From Asterias rubens (lineage: Eukaryota), in the NCBI RefSeq assembly GCF_902459465.1, contig NC_047065.1, positions 1,984,001 to 2,048,000 of the forward strand: DNA of 64,000 bases. Reading direction: 5' to 3'. Made by a program: the position numbers and the translations under genes. Position 1 is the first letter of the stretch. Each line of letters begins with the position of its first letter. Of this stretch, positions 24,851 through 52,000 are shown one piece after another. The notes beneath the pieces are model-generated. The model made no database searches and was not told the DNA's origin. It worked only from the letters and a program-made list of their open reading frames with translations.

Positions 24851-25457
24851 TTTTATTTTTTTTCAATACCACTTGGAATGAAACATTTCTGCATGGGGAG
24901 CAACATGTGAGTAAATGATTGATATTATGATTGTATGATTATCTTGAAGCAAAATTCAATCCTTGATTCTGATTTGTCGCTCTGTGGCAACACGAGTGTG
25001 ATTAAGTGTGAATTGTTGCCCTTATCAAATCCTGTTTTTACAAACTGTTCTAATTCCGATTATTGCACTACTTTAAGTTTGCTTGAAGATAGATTCATTA
25101 TCACAATCAACTCGTGCAACAATACATAAAAATGTAGCGAATCTGCGTCCCATATGATATACATGTAAATCCAACTTGGCTTTCCATTTCGTTTGATATG
25201 GGAGGTTAAAGGGATAATTTTTTTGTATTCCACTCCTGTTTGTGTGACTAGTTATATTTGTGTGACTAGTTACATTTGCCTATGTAATGTCGTTCTCTTC
25301 ACATCACTGTAATTCTTCTTTCAGTTTTTACTGAAGTTTTATCTTAAATTGTTCTTGGTGTTTTTTTGTTTTTTTTAACTCCATAAAGTGCCTCAGCACC
25401 CTGTTTTTGGTCAAGTGCAATATATACATGTGAAGCTTTTTTATATTATTTTGATTA

Positions 25458-25490
<33 letters not shown>

Positions 25491-25574
25491 AAATGAAGGC
25501 AAAGAATGCTGATAAAGAAATAATCTCTCACAATGTATTAATCTTTGCAAGTGGTTTTCAAGAAATAACTGGTG

Positions 25575-28500
25575 CTACGTACCCAATGTAATATTTACTG
25601 GGAATCCATCAGTCCCAGCCATTTGAAATTGGTTAGTTCCATTTTCAATGACAGCAGCTGGATTATGCTGAAATGCCTCAATGGCTGCTCGTTGTCCCTG
25701 CATCAAATCAGCGTCTTGGACGTTATCATGAAACGACGTCAGCTGTTCTATATTTGCATAAACGTAATTCGGCTCACAGAGAACGTAACTAATGTGTTGG
25801 CTAGTAGTGTCCGGCGACCCATCCTGGGATATGGTTGCTTGTAGGGTGACTTGAGGGGCCAATGTACATGTAGGGTGTTCCGTCATACAGTGCCGCTCTA
25901 GGATTTTGGGTCGCATGAAACCCCGGTTGCAGATCTCACAACGGAAACGAAACTCACGAGTGTGAAGTATTTCATGATCTTTGAGATTGTCCTTACGGCA
26001 GAAGCCTTTGCCACAGTGCTTGCACTTGAGTTGTTGTGAGACCAGATGGGTCTTGGCGTGATCGTGGAGTTTATCTTTACGAGAGAAACCTCGTTCACAT
26101 CCTGGCCATTCACACATAAAAGGCTTCTTGACAGAATGAACGGTCACCATGTGTCGGGTCATTTTATTCTTGAAACTGAAGCACTTTGTGCACTCTGGGC
26201 ACTGAAACGGTCGGACATTGTTATGGGAATAAGTATGCTTGTTAAGGTCTCGTTTTGTCTTAAAGTTTCGTCCGCAGACTTCGCATAGAAAGCAGCGCTC
26301 ATCTTGATGGGTGACCATGTGCATGCGAAGCTGCCGCTTACTGACTTGGATTTTTCCACATTTGCTGCATGGATGATGGTGGCTTTCTGTCTTCATGTGC
26401 CTATCAAGACTTCCCATGCTTGGAAATTTGACCCAACACTTGCTGCATTTATGGCTCATATGCTTGTAGTATTCTCTCATCTTTTCCTTTCTCATGTTGT
26501 CAAGAGATTCGGTATTGACTAACCGACGATTCATGCAGCCACGACAGCCACAATGAAACATATCCTGCTTGTCGTGGGTTGCAATGTGAGCTTTGAGTTC
26601 CTCCAACTTGCCAAAAATATTCTGACAGGTAAACTCACGACACTGGAATCGCTTCACCCTATTGTGGGCCTGCAGCATGTGTTTGGGGAGACTCGTCCGT
26701 CCAAACCATGTATAACAAATCTTGCACTTCAGATCGCGTGGATTTATCTTCCTATCTCCTCCATCAATAACTTTTTGCTCTTCCTGTGTCAAGAGTTGTG
26801 CGTTGCCTTCATCATGAGAATCCTTGGGAAGCAACGATCCATCAATGAGTGCCGCTTGCAAATCTTGACTCGCGTCTCCACCCCCAAGAAGGTTATGAGA
26901 CGTCCTAAGGAGGTCACTGTCACCTTGGATTTGTGTTATAAGCGCCAGTTCGTCAAGATCAACAGTAGAAGCAAACTCCTTGTCTATATCAACTTGGTTT
27001 GAGCCGATGGAAATTAAAGGGGGCGTACCGTTCGAAGCAGACATCGAGGATGAAACAGGCGTCACTGAGGATGGACCTGATTGTAACTGCCTCAAATCAG
27101 CTCCATTCAGCCAGTTCGGCTGAGCCTTCACCCATGTCCTGTGGTTATCCACATGAACCGTATGATCATAGGACTCCCGCGATTTATGCTGACATAGCGG
27201 ACATACAAATCGATTCTTATTCGTGCAGCGAATTTGGTGGCGTTTAAGCCCACGTGAACTCATCTTCTTATTGCATTCCGGACATATAACAAGTCCTTTT
27301 GACGTTGAGTTATTCTCCTCATCCCCTTCCTCAATCTCATCTTTTTCTTGCTCCTCTTCGTCGTCAATCTCAACTTCATCATCTTGTATCAAATTCACTG
27401 CATCCTTTTGAATACTTCTACTGCTTTTTCTTCTCCTCCGTGACTTGGGTTTATCTTTGATTTGTACACTTGAAGAATCTGTATTCTCCTCAGATTTTTC
27501 ACTGACTGCCTCATCGCCTCTGTCATTGCATTGACAATCGCGAATATGAGCGGTGAAATCTTTGGCTGTAGTTGTTTGGAAGCTGCAACGAGAGCATTTT
27601 CTCATTCTGCCGGTTGGAAGACTCTGCGATGGTGAAGATGGGGCTACCAACTCCGAAGTCTGATGTTTTTGGTGACGCTTTTTGATATGAGTAGCGCAGA
27701 GGTTTTTATTATTGAATGCTTCATTACAGTGAGGACATGTGACATTCTTTGGCGTTCTCAAAGTCAGTCCTTTTGGTGGTCGACCTCTACCTCTCTTGAA
27801 AGCAACTTGTCGGAGAAACTCTAGGGCAGCACTGTTTTTCATCTTGTGGGTGTCTATGTAGTGACGGAAAAGAAACTCTGTATTCTTTAAGGTCTCTGAG
27901 CAAAATTTACAAACCACTGGCTTGCTGCTTTTGCACGCTTCGGGAATTTTCAGTTGTGTGGTTTTAGTTGTTGTTTCCTTTTGTGTTTCATTAGTCTTTC
28001 TCCTTGAGACTTTGGATACGTTCTGAGTTTGTGATGAACCTGTCCCCACGTTTCCCTGTGCTGCTTTATCTTGATTCTCTTGTTCCAAGAAATTCTCGCT
28101 GCATAAAACAATGGTCTCAGGTTTTTGTTTCATCAGTTGTCTTTGAATGAGTTCATCACTAGTCCGACTCTCACCTTGAGAGCCCTCTTGTCGAAATTCG
28201 TCTCCACTCGTCACCTCATCATTCTGAGATGCCTTAGATGTTGCCAAGCAGTCCGAATAAGCCCTCTGCATCTCATGACTAGCAAGCTTGTCTATATAGC
28301 TCCCTCGACTCAGCATCGCTTTTCCAACCGATGTGGTGGGTAGCTCTTCATCTGGGGAGCCCAATAGTTCCTCAAAGACGTCCGAGGTGAGTGGAATCAT
28401 CGCTATGCTGCTCTGAGACTGGCTTGAAGAGAAATCTACCTGATGCCCTTCTTGGAACACTTCAAAATCGTGTTGGATTCGATTGACGGAAGACTGAAGA

Positions 28501-31286
28501 TTGTAATCGGATGTGGCGGATGAGATTTGAAGGCTGGCTGGTGAGGCACTTAGTGATGGCACTTTTTGAAACGTTCCTTGCATGCTTTCTGGTATGTGCT
28601 CCAAGACTGTTTTAGATGGAAATATGACAAACTATTTAAAGTGGTATACCAAAAAATTGAACGTGACAAACAAAAAAGGAAGACCAAGAAGCACATTTTT
28701 TATGAGAGGCATAACTTTCCATTCAACAATACAAGCAAAGTGCCAGAGTACAGCGGAAGGCACTTAACGCATCCAGGGCCAAATTTCTAAGCAGAAAATC
28801 TTCCTCAACAATTTTCTGTTTAGCAAATCAAATAGTTCAAATTTTGTTCAAATCAATGTGTTTATAGTGTTCATTTCTTCGTTATCACTTTGCAAAGGGG
28901 ACTCAAATCACTTGCCCCCAAAAATTGACTAGAGCAGGATTTGAACCAATCTCCTTTGGATTAATGTGTTGGCGCTCTACTAACTGAGCTATTAAGCCCT
29001 TGGCTAGATAGGGCTAGATAGCTCAGTTGGTTGAGCACTGACAAGTTAATCCAGAGTTGGTTGGTTCGAATCCTGCTCTAGTAATTTTGTCATTGTTCAA
29101 TCCCACATCGATTGAAAGTTGTCAAATTTACAGTCAGTTTCTCTTTTGGATTATTATTAGATACAATACCAACCCCAAACTTTTAAAAGAAATCACAACC
29201 AACAGATTGGACACAATCCGCAATAAATGTAAACCTTACCTGGTAAATCTGAAGTGATTTCAGGAGGTAATTGTTGCTGGTTTGTATGATGCTGCTTGAT
29301 CTTATGGCACACTCCGCTTGCCTTGTGGACCATGAAACTGTCCATGCTCGAAAACTGATGTTTGCAGCGACCACAGGAAAATACATCCTCCTCATCTGGT
29401 GACATAAACATTGATAACATTAGTCAATTAAAAACTTATTCCAAATAATTGATGAACTCAAATACTGTCATTAATAGTTGGTGTAAGAAGTAGTAATTTG
29501 TGATAAATTTTTATTTTAGTTTGAAGTAGTTTTTGTTTTTAAGTATAATTTTTTCATATAAAGGCACTGGACACTTTTGGTAATTACTCAAAATAATTGT
29601 TTTTGCAGCTTTGATGAACAAATGTTCACAGGTCTGTTATTAAATTAAGCAAGTGAGAATACTGGTCTTTGACAATTACCATCGTGTCCAGTGCCATAAG
29701 AGTAGTTTTTTATTATTTTTTTATTTAAATAAACATTTATTATGGAATCACCAAATATCTGTTATTTTTGTACAAAATAAACTATGAAGATTAAAACAAA
29801 AAACAAACCTAAACGACTAGATTGAGTTTAAAATGTCGAGAGTAAGTTTTGTTTTCTAATCCACAGGCATGAGAATGGGTGATGATAAAAAAACAGGAAA
29901 AAAATTCAGTTGATCGGAAATGTCAATATTCCATCATTATTGTGTGCGAAGCACACAACACGAGCGCGCAGCGCGAAGTCCCCTACGGCCGGGGTTCAGG
30001 GCCCGCTTAAGGGCCCTGGGAGCTCTGGGTATTTTAGAAGCTCTGTGGCGGTCTCTGATTCATTTCTGACACCTATTTTTCCAGGTAGAAGTGAGCTACT
30101 TTTGTGTGATTTTTCCTTTTTTTTATTTTAAAAATAGGTTTAAGGGAAAATAAGGAATGTAAAGCTCAAACAATTCAAACAATTCAAACAATTTTGGGTT
30201 CGCCTGCGATTTTGTAACAATTCCGGAAAAAGAAAGGAAAACAAAAAAATAAATAGTAATAATATTTTAATTTTTCTGACGATCTTATCCCTTATTTCTG
30301 CCCCCTGAAAATGCTTTTTTTCTCACCAACAACCATTTTTATTGGTTCTTGATTTGGAATTCGGTTGTGTAAAAGAATTTTTTTTGCAATTAAATGTTTG
30401 TGATTTTAACGATCTGTCGGCGACGCACATTTTAAAATATATATAGGCCTATATATCTGGCGAGAGCGATGTGTTTTTGAGAAAGAGGTTGTTATTCAGC
30501 ATAGGGTATAACTGGAACGAGGTTGAGATTAGACCCAAACATAGAAATAGAACCAATGAAGAAAGCACGTCGTCCGGACGTACAGTGTGTTCGCTGGTTC
30601 CCAATATATCTTTCGCTGGTTGTGAGGCAATAACAGGTACCAGTTTTCCATGGCCTGCCGGCGATCACAGATTTGTGCCGCGCCACTCATTGGTTCGTGT
30701 ACAAACACAGTACACAGTACACATGGTGCAAACACGTGCATTGTTTTTTCAGTAGACTTTCAAAAGTCTCCACACGTGTTATCTTTGCTGCAGCAGCAAG
30801 CGCATTACACGCAAACATTATTGAACCATACCACTATAAAGGAAGCAAGGAATGAGGCAAGTTTATACATCTGTCGCTGCTGCTGCATGCATGCGCGATG
30901 CCAGGAAGACCACAAGCCGTAAACTGGGCTAGTTGCTGGACGGCAATTTATTGTTTAGTTTTTAGGTGCCTTTTTGATTTCATGAAAGCTGTACGTGTGG
31001 ATCCGCGATAATAACAATTACAAAGGTAAACTGGCATTGTCTGACTAGAGAAGAGGGATTAGAGAAATCCAAATGTATACCCCCAAAAACCTACCCCCCG
31101 AATTTTATAGCAAATTCACATCGAACTCGGAGACCACAATTTTGAAAGGAAAAAAAACGGAATTCCGGTTTAAACCGGAAGATTCTCATGCCTGAATCCA
31201 AGGTTTTAACAAAAATACCCGAAAGCTCTTTTCTTTGACCTTTCTTTGGAAATTGTTTTTAATTTACCTGAAGAATGATGCTCCAT
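25575..31286 (-). CDS. ZNF341-like paralog, C2H2 zinc finger protein with an AT-hook (~1068 aa)
   Basis: Exons 31286-31268 (MEHHSS, AAACCATGG context; least certain exon), 29395-29240 and 28606-25575 total 3207 nt, in frame. N-terminal motif DEEDVFSCGRCKHQFSSMDSFMVHK, AT-hook KRGRGRPPK, and a C-terminal finger array collinear with that of ZNF341. Confidence 0.82.
28921..29090. mobile_element. Head-to-head inverted pair of tRNA-derived SINE heads
   Basis: The right unit (29010 onward) has A-box TAGCTCAGTTGG and B-box GGTTCGAATCC. The left unit (29000 backward) is a homologous reverse complement, with a 9-nt spacer between them. Confidence 0.7.
29864..31194. mobile_element. 1.33-kb TIR element with a 6-bp TSD (hAT-like, non-autonomous)
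   Basis: TIR CAGGCATGAGAAT / ATTCTCATGCCTG, with AATCCA immediately outside both ends (29858-29863 and 31195-31200). No long ORF. Confidence 0.7.
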
Positions 31287-32099
31287 GGTTTCAGCTTTTT
31301 CAATCAGTCTGGTGTGGTGTAACTTGGTATGATTATTATCTAGTATAAGAATGTAAAATAATATATCGATCACAACCTTTCATTACATTTTTAAATAATG
31401 TTGTGGTAAAAAGTTCTTAAAAATCATTGTTTTCACCTTATATGTTTCTGTATAAGAAGATTATTTATTAAGAAAGCCACTTCATTGGTAACTACTTAAG
31501 ATTCTGTTGAAAATTTCCCATATCAATGGCATACACAATGACACAAGGTTGTTGGTTCAAATCCTGCTCTAATAATTTATTTATTTTGTTAACCCCAAAT
31601 ATTTTTCTTAAACTCAAAACTAGGCCTATTTGTTTGCTTCTCATCAGTAAAAAAACAAAACATTTTTTATGGTAAAACATACCGGTATTTCTTTACGAAA
31701 CGTTACATTACTACTAATAAAAAAATGAAATGCTTGAAAAAGAATGACTTTAGTTTTAATCAAGGAGACATAACTAAAGGGAAAAAATGTGTTCATTTAA
31801 CTTTATAATATAAGTTATATTGTTGTTTTGTTTTGTTTTGAATAAAACCATTTAAATTTTTAGCTTCAAAGTCAAAGAAGATAAGAAAGACTCAGCTATA
31901 TGATGGTCCTAGTAATTGCGTCCTGGCTCCTGGCCTGGGGTAAAAACGTCAAGCCATTTTAGCATGTTTAGTTACTATTTTATTTTTGCCATATGTTAGG
32001 AGAAAACGTGGCCAATTTGTGGACAAATAACCTCGGTAAGACACCAGTCTCCGTTGCACAGAGTTTTTTTTTTGGGGGGGGGGGGGGGGAACGCATGAA

Positions 32100-32500
32100 A
32101 TCTTACTGAAGCTGCGGACAGTGATGAGAAAACCTTTTCGTCAAGCGAGTTGTCTCAACACGGGCCAGGCACCCCTGTTGTCCCGTCATCCATATACGCC
32201 AGGGGGAAACCATTACCCAAACAAAACGGGCCAACCATAACTCTCAAGTATTCACGTTTCTTTACTAATTTCAGCTCATTAAATCTACGCAAACTAGTCT
32301 ACAAGCAACGAGGAAAAATCTCATATAGTTTTTACCTACTCAAATGGGTGTACATAGGAAATTTAAATATGTTTTACCTCAAAAAAGTCGTCCTAAATCT
32401 GCACAGACACAGCATAAAATGGCGACCAGATGTTATCGGGTGTGGGCGCCCTTTGAACATTTCACCTGCCCGTCCACCCGTGACGTAAAATTGGATATGT
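32100..32500 (-). promoter_or_regulatory. Probable promoter and non-coding first exon of the ZNF341-like gene
   Basis: CpG-enriched, with AAAATGGCG (YY1-like) at ~32416, GTGACGT (CRE-like) at ~32480, and a minus-strand donor CTTCA|GTAAGA near 32106. Confidence 0.4.
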
Positions 32501-33061
32501 TCCATTAGATAAATGGGGGTGTGCGTTTCCTGCCCTCATCTCCCATCTAACTAGTAAAAATTAATACGGCAATGTGAAACTGTAAACGGAGCAATAAACG
32601 GAGTTTACTATGAACTTTGAATTGGCAAACAATCAACTAGAATGTTTACGCGAAATCATCGAACTTATTATTTCAACTATGAACACGGACATGCGACTGT
32701 GTCCCAGTGGTTTTGGGTTCAGATTGCAGTCGTTGAAATTCTTCATAGCTAACCACTGGTTTCAGAATAACTAGAAATAAGTATGCCTATTGTCGTCTTA
32801 GTTACTGAATCACACTCTCGGTTTCTACAATTCATTATCGTGGCCATTCAACCAATATTTGTATGAGAGAGACTTTTTTTTCAGCTTGGTATCTATTAAT
32901 CCCGTGTGGGAGCTAGTTTGCCAAACCATTGACGAGAAGATCATTTAAACAAATCAAACACACAAACAAGCAAACACTAATAATCAATCAAAACACCGAG
33001 GCCCCTTTTCACTCTTTTAATATTCAATAAACAATGTTCCCAATATCAATACAATTACAAT

Positions 33062-33770
33062 TTAAAGTATTTGGGTACTTTTTGTAACACAAAACACAAT
33101 GTCCACAGATTAAAATTGCGTATATCTCAACATATGCATAAAAAAAAAAACCTGTGAAAATTTGAGCTCAATCGGTCATCGAACTTGCGAGATAATAATG
33201 AAAGAAAAAAACACCCTTGTCACACGAAGTTGTGTGCGTTAGATGGTTGATTTCGCGACCTCAAGTTCTAAATCTGAGGTCTCGAAATCAAATTCGTTGA
33301 AAATTACTTCTTTCTCGAAAACTATGGCACTTCAGAGGGAGCCGTTTCTCACAATGTTCTATACCATCAACCTCTCCCAATTACTCGTCACCAAGTAAGG
33401 TTTGATGCTAATAATTATTTTGAGTTATTACCAATAGTGTCCACTGCCTCACTTACACAGTTTGAAGATAATGATAGTAGAAAGCTTCCCTTAAAATATC
33501 AGTTGCTGAGGTGCTGTACTTTTTTAGAAATGAGTAAAACAATGTCATGAAAATACGTTTTTACATGCTAAAATAATTTTCGTCTCATGATCACCGAGAC
33601 GAAAATGATTTTCATGACATTGTTTCACCCATTTCTAAAAAACTACAGCACCTGAGCAGGTAATATTTTCAGGGAAGCTTTCTACTATCATTATCATCAA
33701 AATGTGTAAGTTTGGTGTAAACTTGTAGACATTGTGTATTTTGTCCTACAAAAAGTACATCCACCCTTTA
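33062..33770. mobile_element. TTAA-flanked palindromic MITE with a family A Kolobok-like fragment nested inside (~33145-33449)
   Basis: Outer inverted ends (GTACTTTTTGTA..ACAAAACACAATGTC / GACATTGTGTATTTTGT..TACAAAAAGTAC), an internal palindrome around 33585-33610, and embedded family A sequence. Confidence 0.6.
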
Positions 33771-34887
33771 ACAAGATGCAGTATGGTCTATACTACAGGT
33801 TGATTCAAAATGAAATCTTCCCCTATCAATACGAGGACACGATGTTACAAGTTCGCATCGTCGCTCAAATAAATAAATAACTTCCATACCTATCATGTTA
33901 CAATTTTAACTACTCAAAACTGTTAAATAAATATCTTAGTTAAAATTGGGTCAAACCCTTTTACCAACCAATTAATAATTTATCTGTGTGCTCATGAGGA
34001 GCTTTTAACTTAATATTAAGGCTTGATAAATAACAATAGTAGTATTAAAGAATTATCATACAGCTCTTTTTATTTTTAGGAAAGTGGAAAGGTATTGAAA
34101 TGGATGTGCCGTTAATTGATTTACTAAGCCTATTATGTTAAAGTATTACTAATTATACAAAGAAAAAGGCGACAGGTAACCATGTACAAAATATTCAAAT
34201 TACATATACAAAAAACTCCGTACTTTTACAGTTTAGACAATTGCAACTTTTGTCTGTTTCTTAAAATGGCAAATAAAGAAAAATAGTAACTAAAGCGACG
34301 GGAGAAGTCTGGTCTGTTCTTTGGTTTAACTTTCAGTGTTGAATAATCAGTTCGTACCTTTGGAACTAAACAAAATGGCCACCGTTGGTATGATTTTATT
34401 CCCCAGACAACGTGTACGGAAGTGTGACATTATCATTTTTAATTTCATTTCGTTTTAGAGATGTTAGTTTTCCATATTTTAAATGCACAACATAATACAT
34501 ATATTATATAAAACATTTCAACAACCGTAGGCTTTAGCATACAAAAGATATAAACTAAATAACAACAGGGTATAAACTACCGGTAAAACAACAGAAACAA
34601 GCGAGACAGAAAAACATATGGACTAGATTGCACATCACAAGACTACAGACGGACATAGGGGGGGGGGGGGGGGAAAAGAGTTGGGCAGGAACAAAGAAGA
34701 TGACATGTATTTGGGAATACCAAGGAGAGAACTGGAGAAATCAAAGCTAAATGGCAAGTCCTCGCGATATTGTAAAGTTATCATGCTTTGGTAAACTTTA
34801 CATGAAGGTGCAGCTGAAATAAGTCTCACGTTGATAGACGAATCAAAATATAAGGGAATGATTGCTTCTGGTTTTGGGGAATGGTTT

Positions 34888-48843
<13,956 letters not shown>

Positions 48844-49022
48844 TTTTGTTCACACTCGTCATCATCATGGGAATGGGAAAGTGTAATAATAAAATTTAGA
48901 CAGTAACCAACTACTTGAAATTGTATATACAGCGCTGCAATGAAAAGGGTACCAAACTAAGCTCTGCATACTAATTTTGTGGACATGCGCAGTAGCGACA
49001 TTTTGTGTAAATCATTTTAAAG
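48844..49022. promoter_or_regulatory. Very compact bidirectional promoter of ITFG1/DDX27
   Basis: Only 179 bp separate the divergent start codons. Contains an NRF1-like CATGCGCA (~48985), and AAGATGGCG overlaps the DDX27 ATG. Confidence 0.75.
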
Positions 49023-52000
49023 ATGGCGCTGCCCAGTGACTTCATCGGAACGATCGCAGATGACGACGAAATATCCGTTGCCTCAGAAGACTCAAGTAGC
49101 GATGAGGAGGTAATGTAAATGACACAAGAATACAGTTCATGGTATCGTTTTTTGCGGTTTGTTTTGGAAGAGGTAAACAATTATTTGCTAACGCTTGAAA
49201 GAGTGGCGTAAAGTTTTATCACGTGGCTTGGCTACGTGCACGTTTCACATGTAAAGAGTTCTATTTCCGACACATATGAGAATTATCACATGTATTACTT
49301 GAAATTGAATTGAACTGGAATTGGAAGTAATAAATAAATTAATAGAATGTCAAATTGCATGGTGAAGATAAGGTGTTATGAATATCATGATATGATTAAT
49401 CATGTTAATTACTTTAAATTGTTTCATTTTTCCAATAATTCCACTGTTGTTGTATTTTTGTTGTATAAACAAAATTCTGAAAATGAATAATAATAGAAAT
49501 AGGCCTATCTATTTAAATTTTGAAATAATTATCTAATTAATTATTATTATTAATTATTAGTTTAACAGGAATATGGTAATTCATTTTGGTTCAAAATCAA
49601 CATTGTAGTTAACAACAGAATTTGAAAGGACATTTGTGTCTCGTCACTTTTTTCATTTCTCATTTGAGTAACAGCACGCAGTAATAGTTGAGTTGAGTAA
49701 GATACTAAATTATTTCATAGCAAGTGAAAAAGTAGTTGCGATAACGTAACCCTCCTCCCAATGGCGGAGCCGGAGGGTCACGAACCATGCTCGAATTGTA
49801 AAGGGCGAAATGGTCTAGTCAACAGATTTGCTGAATTTTTATCACTTTTACAAATTCTAGGAACACGAACTTAATCCTTAATGTCTAATGAATAACACTC
49901 AAAAACACAAATGAGAAAATATTTTGAAGAAAAAGGACAAAAACCGGAGATCCCGGAGCGAAACAGTCACAAATTTCCCATTTTCTATTGTGAACCTGTC
50001 GCATCGCCTTTTTGTGACTTCCCGATATGTTCAACGCTTTATTTTTTGGTCACCAGTACCAGCCAATTGGATTGCAAACTGCCGAGCCACGGCCAAGTTG
50101 GACTAAACCATTCTGTAAAAGGGGTGTTACAAGGCAGTGCGGCATTATAACACCCCTTTTACAGAATGGTTTAGTCCAACTCGGCCGCGGCCTGACAGGT
50201 CGTCAATTCAATTGGCTGGTACCTGCGGTTCAGCGCTTGGTGACCAAAAAATAAAGCGTTGAACATTTCGGGAAGTCACAAAATGGCGTTGCGACATATC
50301 AACCTGGGAAATTTATGACTGTGGTAAAAATGGAGCAAATCTGTTGACTAGCTGTCGAAATAGTACATGTTTGACCATTTCGCCCTTTACAAATTGAGCA
50401 TGGTTCGTAACCCTCCGGCTCCGCCGTCGGGAGGAGGGTTACATTATCGCAGCTAGTGAAAAAGTGGTGGCAGGATACAGAAAATTTTCCCTACTGAACT
50501 CTGTATCTCTGATTATAAACTTCACTCTCTTATGGTTTTAGTTAGAATCTGTTTATTGATTTTTAAAAGAGAATTGAATTTTGTTACATTTTACATAAAT
50601 TTCATTCATTTCAAACAGGCCATCAAACCCAAGAAGTTATCGAAAGTGAAGCGTCAGAGGAAAGGCCAAGAGGATTTCTCACAGGATTTCTTCTTCTCCG
50701 AGCGGGCATTAATTGAAGAAAGTATATGGAGTCCCAATATTATGAAGACGTTGAAGCCACGAGGCCACACCTTGATCGGTAAAACTACGTCCCTGGAGCA
50801 AAAGATCGCTAAGATTAGAGATGACCGAAGAAAAGTGAGACCCATTTGCTTGTTGTGTTATGAGTGTTTGTCTTGTTTGTTGTACTTGGTACAAAAGAAA
50901 TTATAAATGAAGTGCAACACTTCAACTTCTACTAACTTCTACTTCTACTTCATTACTCGGCAAAATCCACAAGTTATGATATATAGATCACGGAACAATC
51001 ACAAATATAGTAAGATGTCTTGCTCAAGGACACAAGTGTCGGGACTGAGATTTAAACCCAAATTGTGAAGACTCAGCCACCACAACTTGAATTTGGTGCG
51101 CAAGACCGCTCAAAAACATGCCATATATCCCACCACCATTTTTCAAGGTTGTTTGTTTGATTCAACACGCTACATGCCTAAAACATACTTCATGAACAAT
51201 ACTTGAAGAAGCTATTTATACCTGGTTAAATGTTTAATTCACGGTGATTATCAACAACATTTTTCTTTTCTTATATCAACATAAGTAGAAAAAGAACCTT
51301 AACTTCATTTTACTTGATCACTGACTCAATGTTTTGACAATTGCATCTAAAAGGAGAAAGAATCTGAGACAGTTTCGGCGGAGGCAACAGATGAGAAGGA
51401 GGGAGCAGAAAACACAACACCGGTGGTCGATAACCTGGACAACGCTGTTGATGATGATGACGATGACGATATTGAGAATGGGTTAGAGGATTTACAATGG
51501 GATTCGATCAGAGTCAAAGCAACCAGTGAGAAAAGACTGAAAAGAAAACAGAAACAAGGTAAGAATTCATTCAGTCAGTTTAGATAATGGTTGATCATCC
51601 ACTGTAATTCGTTACACATCCATAGTGGATGATAGGTCACTCTAATTCCTTACCTATCTATATTTTAATAGGTGTTACATTTTCAATTCAATTCAATTCA
51701 AGGTATTTTATTCAAATATTTGTAGCCAAAGGCTAAATTACAATTGAATTTACAAGTTAAAAATCATCAAGATTACATACATTAAAGGGAAATATACAAA
51801 ACATTAAACCCACCAAAAAAATAACAACAGGCAAATCACTCGGGAGGGATTTGAACCCATGACATTTGCATTGCTAGAAAGATGTCTTAATACTAGACTT
51901 TCGAGCTAGCCTGCATATATTAGGCAGGTTGATACCGATGACAAAATGTTGTGCTTTCAAACAAGTGCAATCCAAGATTCTCCAAGTTTAAACTGATACA

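Noticed and set aside
30492-30755. CpG-rich ORFs and GCCATGG considered as the first coding exon of the ZNF341-like gene
   Set aside because: The phase-2 donor creates a stop when joined to exon 2, and the region lies inside a TIR element. The 31286-31268 exon fits the phase.
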